IMG/VR virus record: IMGVR_UViG_3300045120_000224
Coordinates: 1 to 53,666 of that record
Source of the DNA: a virus
Lineage: Duplodnaviria; Caudoviricetes
Strand: one strand, 5' to 3'
Length of the DNA stretch: 53,666 nt
Under the pieces are notes generated by a model that saw nothing but the letters and a program-made list of their open reading frames with translations, had not been told where the DNA came from and ran no database searches. Both the position numbers and the translations under genes were made by a program. Shown here one piece after another: positions 18,401 through 24,253 of this stretch; position 1 is the stretch's first letter, and every line of letters begins with the position of its first letter.

Positions 18401-20472
18401 TCCAGGCGAAGATGGCCGGACGGGAGATCACCCCCGACGACGACGCCAACTTCGACCTCGACTCGGTGATCGAGACCATCGACCTGTCCCGTGCGTTCAT
18501 CCGTGGCGGCCTGACCCACACAGGGCTGTTCGCCTTCGGCCTGGCCGCCGGCGGGCTCGGCCTGTCCGGTGAGGACGACGAGACGAAGAAGCGTCGCAAG
18601 CTCGCCGCGCTCCAGGGCGCGGGCTTCGTCTACGACCCGCGCGACGTGCAGAACGACTTCCGCAACAAGGACGCGATCTTCCTCGACTGGCTCCCGTTCG
18701 GGATGGACTCCTGGTTCCGGGTCACCGGCGAGGACGTGCCCGGCGGCGCCCGGTCCATGGCCCAGCTCAACTGGACCCTCAAGCAGTTCATCTCCCCGAT
18801 CATCGGGATGGAGAAGTTCTTCGAGACCGGCGACTTCCGCAACGTCACCTGGGGCTTCGAGGACGCCATCGGCTCCTTCCCGCTGATCAACACCCTGATG
18901 TGGGACGACGCCGTGCAGACCGCGCACGAGTTCGCGCAGATGGCGAACGACGAGGCGAAGCTCGGCGGGCCGCAGAACATGCCGATCGCGGCCGCGTTCG
19001 CCGCCAACGCGGTCGGCACGTACGAGCGGATGCTGTTCGAGAACTCGTTCATCAACCAGATCTACCAGGCCCGCGACCGCTACGACCGCGACCCCTACGT
19101 GCTGCCGCTGCGGGACAGCAGCGGTGCCCTGCAGCGTGACATCGAGGGCAACCCGCGCAAGCAGGACCTGGCGTTCGAGTCGTTCATCGACCCGGAGACA
19201 GGTGAGCTCAAGTCCGGCTACCTCAACCGCGACATCGACTCGGCCACCCTGCACGCGCTGACCGAGAACCGGGCCACGCTGGCTACCGTCGCCACCCTGT
19301 TCTCCGGGTTGAGCGGGAACACCCCGGACTACTTCCGCACCCAGATGCCGATAAAGGAGCGGGTCATCGAGCGGCCGCCGGTGAGCCAGGCGGAGGCCGA
19401 GACGCTGATCCGGAAGATCTCCCAGGACACCAGCGGCGGCCAGCCGAACCTGACGGCCGACGAGATCTCCTCGATCATGAAGGCCAACGGGCGCAAGGCC
19501 GGGGTCTTCCTCGACTACAACAAGGTCGACGCCCAGGCCGCCGCCTTCGCCAAGCAGGAGGGTCCGGCCGCGATGTCGGTCCTCGACGCGCAGGGCCGCG
19601 AGCTGCTCACCAAGGAGGGTGCGCACGGCGTGCTCCGCGGCCTGGCCAAGATGAGCGTCCACCTCGGTGACGCCTCGCTGCGCGGCATCCACATCCCGTT
19701 CAAGATGCGCGAGGAGATCCAGAAGGACTGGATGCGCGAGCTCATCCAGGACGGCGTGGACATGGGCCTGGACCAGACCAAGGCCACGTCCCGGATGAAG
19801 CGGCTGTGGTACGGCCCCATCTCCAACCCCAGCGTCCAGGGTCTCGGGGACATCCTGTGGTCCAAGGACATCTCCTACACCGACAAGATCAAGTACAACC
19901 AGCTCAACACCACCTACGTGATGGGACCGGACGGGCGGCCGTGGGCCACCGGCTTCACCCGTGACGGCCTGCTCGGCGCGCTCGGCGTCAAGCCGCTGAA
20001 GCGGGCGATGATCTCCGAGCAGGGTGCCACCGGCAACGACTCGATCCTGAACACCGTCGACTTCGTGAACAACATCAACACCGGAATGCGCGGGCTCGAG
20101 CTGATCGACGAGTCCCGCAACGTCCCGACCGATGTGGAGATCGGCAAGTCCATCGAGCAGGCCATCAAGGATGCGGCGTCCTCCGACTTCACCCCGTTCC
20201 AGCCGTTCACCAACCGGGGCGGTGGCGGCTTCGGCTTCACCCCGTTCCGCCACTTCGGCCGCTCCGGGTTCCGCCGGTTCGGCCGCGGTGGCGGCGGAGG
20301 CGGGTTCTCCTCGTTCCCCAACTTCTCCAAGATGTTCGCCCTGCCCAACGTGCGCGAGCCGTTCGGCAACGACATCCCGTTCATCAACACGACGAACCCG
20401 CTCATCCGCCGTGGCGATGTGCGGCGTGAGAGAGTCTGGTCCGAGCGAGGAAGGCTGAAGCAGTGGCAGTGA
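6460..20472 (+). CDS. Giant (~4,670 aa) virion protein, putative two-barrel DNA-dependent RNA polymerase / ejection polyprotein
   Basis: 14-kb open frame with GC3 bias; GGAGG RBS before GTG 6460 (the track starts at 6346). TRDP...RGDFDGDK at 9118-9264; GDKKVLEWNGMK at 15610-15645; N-terminal glycine zipper; directly upstream of the portal. Confidence 0.75.
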   Translation: MGRFDNSGLQKWTKIAKAPEAPAGMQQAAVAARGYEAGTPRFADSRIGRFTSQQGFVDTARNWYTGANREGTNNGWDTQFTNDFINGQNEAASKGQLNTYFSQPDATGVVTWDHRLADGTQAHFGDVFKNGRKVDNVYHTFGRDTGNLMMSQFVLSGDQKAHVFSASDNVERLNREIVGVREQNNVDIPKGQAAIRFQDTVEKTTRQFERGHVDEAAVLGGAAGGAAVGTGIGVGVGAAFFGVGAPVGAAVGAGVGAVAGGIGAFFNRDALTQQAARAYEITAMSNRENGGSAAVATGIQQWAGFSQKLTSPLSNLLQGGYDATRGKGGDGESEFYRTDAKGKAHTPAWVKIADVGAAIGDGALEFASPIGAGLYTAQMGGVISGEVGELAITRGKAFDYSRGGFDNIFTDDKGNFSATEGAAGIAKVGIDMVQMGMARGLLGRVQSARGAAGLEEVGAPSAIGKRLYGGRDVADRALPGWLGGRTAAQREALTNGGAEEILKGFRYVTDSTGKVVGNRRATLSLLAPSEQLGALSTRVLALRARARNAGALSADDFYRAATAMEHGERRFTTALVNGMGEGYEEAVQAVLEPYSHDDKVSYADIGNSALYGFAGGVGMGLGTNARMPTASERLDAKVRLAHRIQTGGADIDERLLAGMSLSEKQARAAMSGIETATARAAYDKLADDHAAELTAGVEGVNRLADAVKTTIAADLVRVGPRTDVPFVITQLEEAGRVDSAGTLIGNSLPSDAVASSGAQLLRNYANRMTGVGEQLTTLQRDQADNEQALVNDPASEALTARKAELATNITRTQAMLDLGEQFAAEIDDHVSQMYATKADPNSIAAESELLNHKIRAAFNLQVDTLGGVVLDREQKMALARAVSAVVTRDPQDQSGSYQVLVPQVSANLTIANSDNVLQVSHAILPAIRGDFDGDKIRTLNQLMLDETSFVSARAGMHFLGAGTTVNVGAPKYEKWMVQYLAEGMRSTNDALRNFATGTLTHISGAVRDRYDGVVDAGLLNRVLKDFYDAVYAGDKDARSVLLDGLAGSEAGGAITEFARSNLSNEWLWIDQLVRSSMQEYQESYAANRKHFGPEPGERRGRPTKRATAVRERRAARAATTGQTVGIWLEGDQMFRKMQKLHYTTLSAAVRSADDAGARAELAELAMQYEMLGQEASQSELDRVRGKDDITGRVLTQLMYLARNATSLDDRLSPIQAMAVIANVQVTDFDIAADGELSTSGKQISLAQSLLKRSIARDRGEKAAIYEASPELQAKHARLRSMTYADGQGVKGSGVNAQRAFTEVFGAMQMFMLLGDDAGPLGPHMTVEQYLRFYTEKSESDRRSEDYKLRNEAAYLGRKTTTDLPYSVQELVDGNVSPYRSVVDSLIAVGHKRLAIDADVAASKDTTRHHLSGEYAEQHYRVSKQFQKAITDARAALFEFGRLSPRDELSAETVRRLLENNPQFARQVMALIPKAAAGSTFEIRNDEVYVANWVYDMFTFKDPAEAEMHFWRSTLLAEWNARGQNSPPETEDDEGWAERDYMRLSRRMHRVLYNMSPERQHDHGVRLAKFVTEMRNATSLEEFLRWVNTTPGVRGDQAPLLGWVDDTAQFDVDKASGGWSTALAGTEQREAIASLSRGATNLVKDIADERAAWSTDRSVIAAIERVIKADAGGNVKLDAGDRDLYDAFARSIEKAGELSNGLGPQAMMYQVVGAVRGFYPQAHTKGKNPDYVEPAGAFDALADAFDYTTNYERLLSSMTSLNMDAVGGNLSQVAKDGGRTMDDAGRQVSWDKPTPQAMIALLKNPDTRPLARAVLFPQVMERTVEGRLSPQLLVGKSLKSLLDRSAFDNLFERNDSLSHDNALRYLSVVEAAARKEGGHFSVQRAVNDIVIARTSAADHVLSTYELEQMARTAMYEVAQILQDVGSLASAPADPNAHPLDTVLTEIRAAQRRVRTAGRLGFEAKDQEITDSVLEDLINRRLAEMESDKNDIIAERVPGMSVAETERLEARVLAADVDMDSFRRRVEVLKSDDAAGLVVDMFSFTGDPQTDPGRQGELIAYIFSRTDTFRSKSSSSRQIMMKLSEQIQDSGRNGQVDLTDDEWTHLSNAAIAVYLDETLSIGGISVPPYPDEDRRDDRRYYDMSFSYLAQPLLDRNSPLVKAAVEVHRLAGRQGDYAATPTEIKTLLSRTLFKDFSVGDWTSDIPRSSIEANQRLDSAAAAQAIAMAGNSPKRQAVISAATKRTFRVPGDDLLSTVTLSALDLYRGDFDEVAVTFPDGTVGSRPLAQLNNRFARSVVMHYRDAADPANIIEVDLLGTDPRLGRVFHTDDTASASGLKEIHLERLQNAKERIGVDDARVVDIQVKFFHPDSQPVDTAEDQARSRTWYNNLFFEGTSFNLDADRHKSLNETLWFTEGGINPVSQATALDASKLGKPALQPVETVTAEKLAELETDFASDLGAVLRAKTKIAMTTSLGLGKQGKLDIEFYNAVYKDMKLRHFVRGISSATGENLIWTADQVVAYQQANPGQPLPMNDPALWVPSDDVLRTMLGEQGDQGVARVTPDFLEVDLTRVRGYAGVNDRMKHLFKVGMDGDTRPIEETRLSAVARQGLLTVRANLDSRTRALYETRIKYFQALKDEISVDRASFTGRGFDSQRNLAAAIAAGEAVLRAEDISMDWTSAGIPFFGPRTPGDSAISRRLLQELEAALRPDGNRNGFIFREGAQADAPTGLITGESIHNLKGAMRVAPGDLVVVELDSFRGNMEQAHKRLDWLADQGATIVLGAADGQADVRADSAVFLQSLGYERIAGSVHVYQPSLTTPRFQNLRARASTMTEVRGVSPRSHIALLNVMGHEVEENSAWVDFDNERLGSIAETVNLVPTDFLMGFNVPVAQYGNDSMISQVRAQLNGLNDAEGRTMLRNMANDRIKDKKARAEADIAFDYHFDEMLDRMNNNPGTVLPQPDDTFGLGSMIPLVDTMGRIVIYRHGMKAPHRWRVDEMTAQTLDRGGDAKNVAVFPTKLESAATIHDGRVIEFNPRSGFGLSARLEIDLQTLGDKKVLEWNGMKYLLTPRPKSKVLPDHGIFTNWDIDGIVSLDDTMSKESFEGMVDNHRNAFAYFGIDFTDDIATFLGVDHATALDILDMVANRAPRIQLAAADEILNSRRIMSTVLNQIKAAGVPNLDDALVDTLADPTSNEAKITAAMLVYLMTPGARVSDVIKSGGFNDESSTIDAQSILMPRLFTQVFDNEPLGSDLRTEINGRLNAQLHNPNNDGTGYSLRQDWVLEVRNTDSKKNMYGMLQFAEAHSAGDNPIKNGMSFDETDQQTASLHSAAIAYQATGAQTANLYDLAKSRLLADSLHEPNIKDAKDGGVWRMLSEIGYNDKGGAALWRAATPAEAIRRENGRDAVVQFRQAINTEDKNGWNNTTRREYAEIATNIMHELGLQGSQRGVVDFWVRQLLGMPYGTNELGEEVGRVNGRFAKEAANDILWNVRNRYLPVVGAEVPLLHIHDLQAIYRAGKWVPRSSMDGDASPAGNWNEWVDISLGSALTSDNLFDPLYLLALDGFMHTYQSATSSLLDLPVSFDAMKTAQLMDPDTNALLVSISDETNLLATDPMLLDVTKASLEAMIGGQRFAGKLYAKAAPASAIAKRRDARREWRKESGVPVPVDVSLKDLRKNGARFTHKSTVTNAFARSLINMRVGTALLNPALYVSMGPEQWIRGTLDRAANLITGQSLAVRTTREGELTSTSLAGAAAKVGDRLAGTALGEGLANMGLEMAYTPDQLVKFRQLVTVLGQRNDFKAMVYKDLMFLRPYEPGIGRIEKWLENYAKFGARMQDPTWGMRADTLARRYLEGALQEINATPTLNVISNETLIAALATDPEWLKDNMEAAHNAGTRAVAQLRSLKPTVLSQTLRGIYEPLSASPNAGLNFLGNVVLKMPMLFSNYGMNVITTVTGLQGLDQMTAAFMTGRTNGFKHPRTLLGRVQAKMAGREITPDDDANFDLDSVIETIDLSRAFIRGGLTHTGLFAFGLAAGGLGLSGEDDETKKRRKLAALQGAGFVYDPRDVQNDFRNKDAIFLDWLPFGMDSWFRVTGEDVPGGARSMAQLNWTLKQFISPIIGMEKFFETGDFRNVTWGFEDAIGSFPLINTLMWDDAVQTAHEFAQMANDEAKLGGPQNMPIAAAFAANAVGTYERMLFENSFINQIYQARDRYDRDPYVLPLRDSSGALQRDIEGNPRKQDLAFESFIDPETGELKSGYLNRDIDSATLHALTENRATLATVATLFSGLSGNTPDYFRTQMPIKERVIERPPVSQAEAETLIRKISQDTSGGQPNLTADEISSIMKANGRKAGVFLDYNKVDAQAAAFAKQEGPAAMSVLDAQGRELLTKEGAHGVLRGLAKMSVHLGDASLRGIHIPFKMREEIQKDWMRELIQDGVDMGLDQTKATSRMKRLWYGPISNPSVQGLGDILWSKDISYTDKIKYNQLNTTYVMGPDGRPWATGFTRDGLLGALGVKPLKRAMISEQGATGNDSILNTVDFVNNINTGMRGLELIDESRNVPTDVEIGKSIEQAIKDAASSDFTPFQPFTNRGGGGFGFTPFRHFGRSGFRRFGRGGGGGGFSSFPNFSKMFALPNVREPFGNDIPFINTTNPLIRRGDVRRERVWSERGRLKQWQ

Positions 20473-22466
20473 GCTACCAGACGGTCGGCGGGTTCGACGA
20501 GTGGTACGTCGACTACAACCCCAATGGCGGCCGCGACGGCAACCTCGACTGGCGTGGCTTCTCGCCACAGGCCGACGAGATCTGGCGCATGTGGCAGACC
20601 TACAAGCGCGAGATGGACCTGCGGGTCGAGAACTACGACATCCTCGAGATGCTGGCCGACGGCGAGGTGATCAGCCCGAAGGCCGACCTCCCCAACATCA
20701 GCAGCGGGGAGACGGCCGGGCTGGTCCGCCGGATCGCCCGCAACCTGGTGCAGAACACCCCGAACGTTGAGGTCATCTCCCGGTTCAACGACGACGACAT
20801 GAAGGGGATCTTCGCCCGGCACATCCTCGGCGCGAAGATCATCGGCTCCGACGAGTACTCCAACGACATGCAGCAGAACCTGTTCGCGTCGACGAAGACC
20901 AGCATCACCCTCGGGTTCGCCTGCGTCATCCCGGTGCTGCTGCAGGACGCGGCCGGCGGCTGGTACATGAAGTACGACACCATCCACTACCGCGACGTGT
21001 TCCCCGAGCCGGGGACCAAGGACGTCCGCTCCTGCTGCTCGGTGTTCGTACGCCGCTACCTGACCCGTGGCGAGGCGGTCTCCCTCATCTTCGACCAGGC
21101 GCCCGGCTGGGACCTCGACGCGCTGAAGCTGCTGGTCAAGAACCGGCCGCCGGCACGGGAGAACCAGAGCGTCGACCACCAGACGAAGAAGCACCACCAG
21201 ATCCCGGACGGCTACGAGATCATCACCTGGTACACCGACTCGGGTGCCGACTTCCTCACGTTCTCCGCGAACACCAAGATGCTGCTGCGCATCGAGAAGA
21301 ACAAGCACCCGCTCAAGCAGCACCCGGTCCACTTCCTGGTGCTCGAGAAGGACGAGCACCAGCCGCTCGGGAAGTCCCAGGTGGAGCTGCTGATCGGCCG
21401 CCAGGACTTCCAGGACCTGATGCTCAACGGTGCGATGAAGCTGTGGTACCGCAACATCAACCCGAGCATCATCGGCTACGGGACCGTCAACGCGGTGCCG
21501 AACCTGAGCCCCGGCAAGTACACCCAGATCTCCAACCCGAACGCGAAGATCGAGCCGTTCGAGGTGAACACCCAGACGCTGATGCAGTACTCCTCGATCA
21601 GCCAGCAGAACCTCGGGTCGATGGTCAGCCTGATCGGTGCCGCCGACCAGCAGATGGCTCAGTCCCAGGGCGGCAACGGCCAGGGCATGAGCGCCACACC
21701 GCAGGGTGTCGAGGCACAGCAGGCGATGGTCGACATCACCACGAACAACTACCAGAAGGCGATCGAGGCGTTCTTCAGCCACTACTGCTCCTACGCGCTG
21801 ACGATCTACTTCCAGGAGCTGAAGGCGGTGAAGAAGGTCCGGCCCTCGGCCGAGGCCCGGATCAAGCTGCTCGAGGCCGGGCTCGACCCGGAGCGGATCA
21901 ACCCCGACGGGTCCATCGAGGTGGACTTCGAGGACATGGCGACCGAGTACTGGGTGCGCTGCGTGCCCGGCTCGCTGGTCGAGATGGAGGACGAGAAGCA
22001 GCTCCGGATCCTGAACCAGCTGTTCATCCCGCTCTCCCAGGCGATGCCGGCGCTGGTCGCCACCCAGGACCCGGACCTCACCCGGCAGGCGGCCAAGGCC
22101 ATGCAGTACATCGTCGGCAAGCAGATCGAGCTCTCCGGCGCCACGTCCGCCAAGGAGCTGGGACTGCTCTGGTCGAAGGGCGACGTCGAGCAGGTCAACG
22201 AGCGCGACGCGCGCATCGGCGCGGTCGAGGACATGATCTCCGCGTTCAGCGGTGGGGCCGAGGCCGAGCTCGAGCAGAACGGCCTGGCCATCGCACAGAT
22301 GCAGCAGCAGATCAGCCTGATGGCCCAGAACCAGCAGATCCTGCTCGAGAAGCTAGGTGTGATGCAGCCCGGATCTGGAACCGGTTCTACTACAGAAGCG
22401 GAGACACCGGCTGAAGATGTAGCAGAACCCGCCGAAGAACCTACTGTTTACCCTGCCAGCGCCTGA
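20463..22466 (+). CDS. Portal protein (podovirus type)
   Basis: 667 aa immediately upstream of the capsid gene; Gln-rich C-terminal coiled coil as in P22-like portals. Call rests on synteny and character. Confidence 0.7.
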   Translation: MAVSYQTVGGFDEWYVDYNPNGGRDGNLDWRGFSPQADEIWRMWQTYKREMDLRVENYDILEMLADGEVISPKADLPNISSGETAGLVRRIARNLVQNTPNVEVISRFNDDDMKGIFARHILGAKIIGSDEYSNDMQQNLFASTKTSITLGFACVIPVLLQDAAGGWYMKYDTIHYRDVFPEPGTKDVRSCCSVFVRRYLTRGEAVSLIFDQAPGWDLDALKLLVKNRPPARENQSVDHQTKKHHQIPDGYEIITWYTDSGADFLTFSANTKMLLRIEKNKHPLKQHPVHFLVLEKDEHQPLGKSQVELLIGRQDFQDLMLNGAMKLWYRNINPSIIGYGTVNAVPNLSPGKYTQISNPNAKIEPFEVNTQTLMQYSSISQQNLGSMVSLIGAADQQMAQSQGGNGQGMSATPQGVEAQQAMVDITTNNYQKAIEAFFSHYCSYALTIYFQELKAVKKVRPSAEARIKLLEAGLDPERINPDGSIEVDFEDMATEYWVRCVPGSLVEMEDEKQLRILNQLFIPLSQAMPALVATQDPDLTRQAAKAMQYIVGKQIELSGATSAKELGLLWSKGDVEQVNERDARIGAVEDMISAFSGGAEAELEQNGLAIAQMQQQISLMAQNQQILLEKLGVMQPGSGTGSTTEAETPAEDVAEPAEEPTVYPASA

Positions 22467-22496
22467 CACCAGGCCGCAATCACGAGGAGGAGCGAC

Positions 22497-23894
22497 ATGG
22501 TCGCACCAGTCCAGAAGGACAGCCTGACCGACTACCAGGTCGCTCTGGCCACGTACCTTCGCATCACCAGCCCCGTGGCTGGGATGTTCACCGGGTCGGA
22601 GATCAAGCCGAACCCGAACGCCCGGTCCATCCGGGTACCCGACATCCGGGTCGACGACTACATCGTCGACGCCGAGCTGGGCCGGATCGGGTCCGAGCAC
22701 TACTCCGGGTCGGAGTTCACCGGCGAGTGGAAGAACGGCGTGCCGCCCATCGAGTGGCGCACCTACTCCATGAGCCGCCACCGCGCCTTCGGCTTCACCG
22801 TCTTCGACGAGCAGCTCCGCTACTCGCCGATCAAGAACATCGTCCAGGAGTACACCGGCCGCAAGATGCAGACCACGGTCCTGCGCGACCACGACAAGTA
22901 CTGCCTGCTCGCCGCGATCTCCGGCCACATGACCGGCAAGCTCGTGCCGCGCACCGCCGCCGACACGCCCGGCCCGCAGTTCGTCGACGCGGTGAAGGTC
23001 TCCAACACCGGCAACGCCGCGGACTACAAGTGGATCGCGGAGCCCGGCGAGGACTTCGACAACCAGATCCAGCCGTCGTTCGCCACCATCAAGGGCGTCT
23101 TCCTCAACGACACCGACCCGCTCTCCACGCTGGACGCGCTGACGCTGCTGTTCAGCGACAACTGGTTCGACTCCAACTTCGGCAACAACGAGCGCTTCCT
23201 GCTCGTCACCAGCGCCCTCGAGCTCGTCTACATCAACGCGCTCATCGACGCCGGTGCCGGAACCGAGTCGGCCTTCAAGCTCCTGAAGGACGGTGACATC
23301 TCCGGCGCGAACGCGGCCGGCTACCTCGGCACCCTGAAGGGGTCGTGGAAGCTGGTCAAGATCCACCCGGAGTTCCTGCCCAAGGTCTTCACCGACACCA
23401 ACCTCGTCGTCGACCCGGTGGCCGACACGGGCACGGCGGCCCGCACGCTGCGCCAGGTCATCGCCCTGGCCGCGTACAAGAACTCGGTGCAGACCTACGA
23501 GCACTTCGCGGAGCGTCGCCAGGCCGACGGCGGCGTGCGCTTCAAGGGCACCGAGTACGTCCAGGACTTCTCCTACGACTGCTGGGTGATCGACCAGCTC
23601 AGTGAGGGTGTGGTGCCGGTGTTCCTGCCGACCACGATCTCCAACCTGCAGGTCGTCAGCGACTCGTTCACCGCCGTCGCTGCCAAGGTCGCGGCCGCCC
23701 GCGCACAGCTCTCGGTGGCTCCCGTCACCTACCCGCTGTCCGGCGCCAACACCCTCAAGTCCCGGCCCGAGTGGTACACCTCGCCGTACGAGGGCACCTC
23801 GTCCCTCACCGCCGGCGTGCAGGCCACCGGCGACGTGGCGCACCGCAACCCGCTGCTCGCCGCGGACGACACCACGGACTCGTCCGGCCAGTAG
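22497..23894 (+). CDS. Major capsid protein
   Basis: 465 aa; GAGGAGGAG RBS; very strong codon bias; ARSIRVPDI...HRAFGFTVFDE...ERFLLVTS segments typical of HK97-fold podovirus capsids; double TAG stop. Confidence 0.75.
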   Translation: MVAPVQKDSLTDYQVALATYLRITSPVAGMFTGSEIKPNPNARSIRVPDIRVDDYIVDAELGRIGSEHYSGSEFTGEWKNGVPPIEWRTYSMSRHRAFGFTVFDEQLRYSPIKNIVQEYTGRKMQTTVLRDHDKYCLLAAISGHMTGKLVPRTAADTPGPQFVDAVKVSNTGNAADYKWIAEPGEDFDNQIQPSFATIKGVFLNDTDPLSTLDALTLLFSDNWFDSNFGNNERFLLVTSALELVYINALIDAGAGTESAFKLLKDGDISGANAAGYLGTLKGSWKLVKIHPEFLPKVFTDTNLVVDPVADTGTAARTLRQVIALAAYKNSVQTYEHFAERRQADGGVRFKGTEYVQDFSYDCWVIDQLSEGVVPVFLPTTISNLQVVSDSFTAVAAKVAAARAQLSVAPVTYPLSGANTLKSRPEWYTSPYEGTSSLTAGVQATGDVAHRNPLLAADDTTDSSGQ

Positions 23895-23921
23895 TAGCCA
23901 GCGGCTACGGAAGGGAACGAC

Positions 23922-24170
23922 ATGGACAAGCTCATCGAGCTGCTCCAGCAGATCCAGGAGCTGGCCGGTGTCGCCATCGACGCGCTCAAGGGCGCTGCCG
24001 GTGGCGAGCACGGGCAGGGTGGCCCGCCCCACGAGGGTGGCGGCGGGCCCCCGCACCAGGGTGGCGGTGGCGCTCCCGAGCGCCGTGCCGCTCCGGGCGG
24101 CCCACCCGGTGGTGGCGGTGGCGCCGCACCCGAGGGTGGACCGCCCCGGCGCGAGGAGCAGCCTGCCTAA
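23922..24170 (+). CDS. Small protein: amphipathic helix plus Gly/Pro-rich tail
   Basis: GAAGGGA RBS; MDKLIELLQQIQELAG followed by GGPPH(E/Q)GGGG repeats. Confidence 0.7.
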   Translation: MDKLIELLQQIQELAGVAIDALKGAAGGEHGQGGPPHEGGGGPPHQGGGGAPERRAAPGGPPGGGGGAAPEGGPPRREEQPA

Positions 24171-24182
24171 CAGGCGGCTGGG

Positions 24183-24222
24183 ACGCCGAGGTGTGGTGCT
24201 TGGGAGGACCACACCTCGGCGT
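24183..24222 (+). terminator. 15-bp stem-loop after the capsid operon
   Basis: ACGCCGAGGTGTGGT / ACCACACCTCGGCGT perfect stem; weak U-tail. Confidence 0.6.
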
Positions 24223-24253
24223 TCCCTACTCGATAAGGAGGTGACGGACCCCG

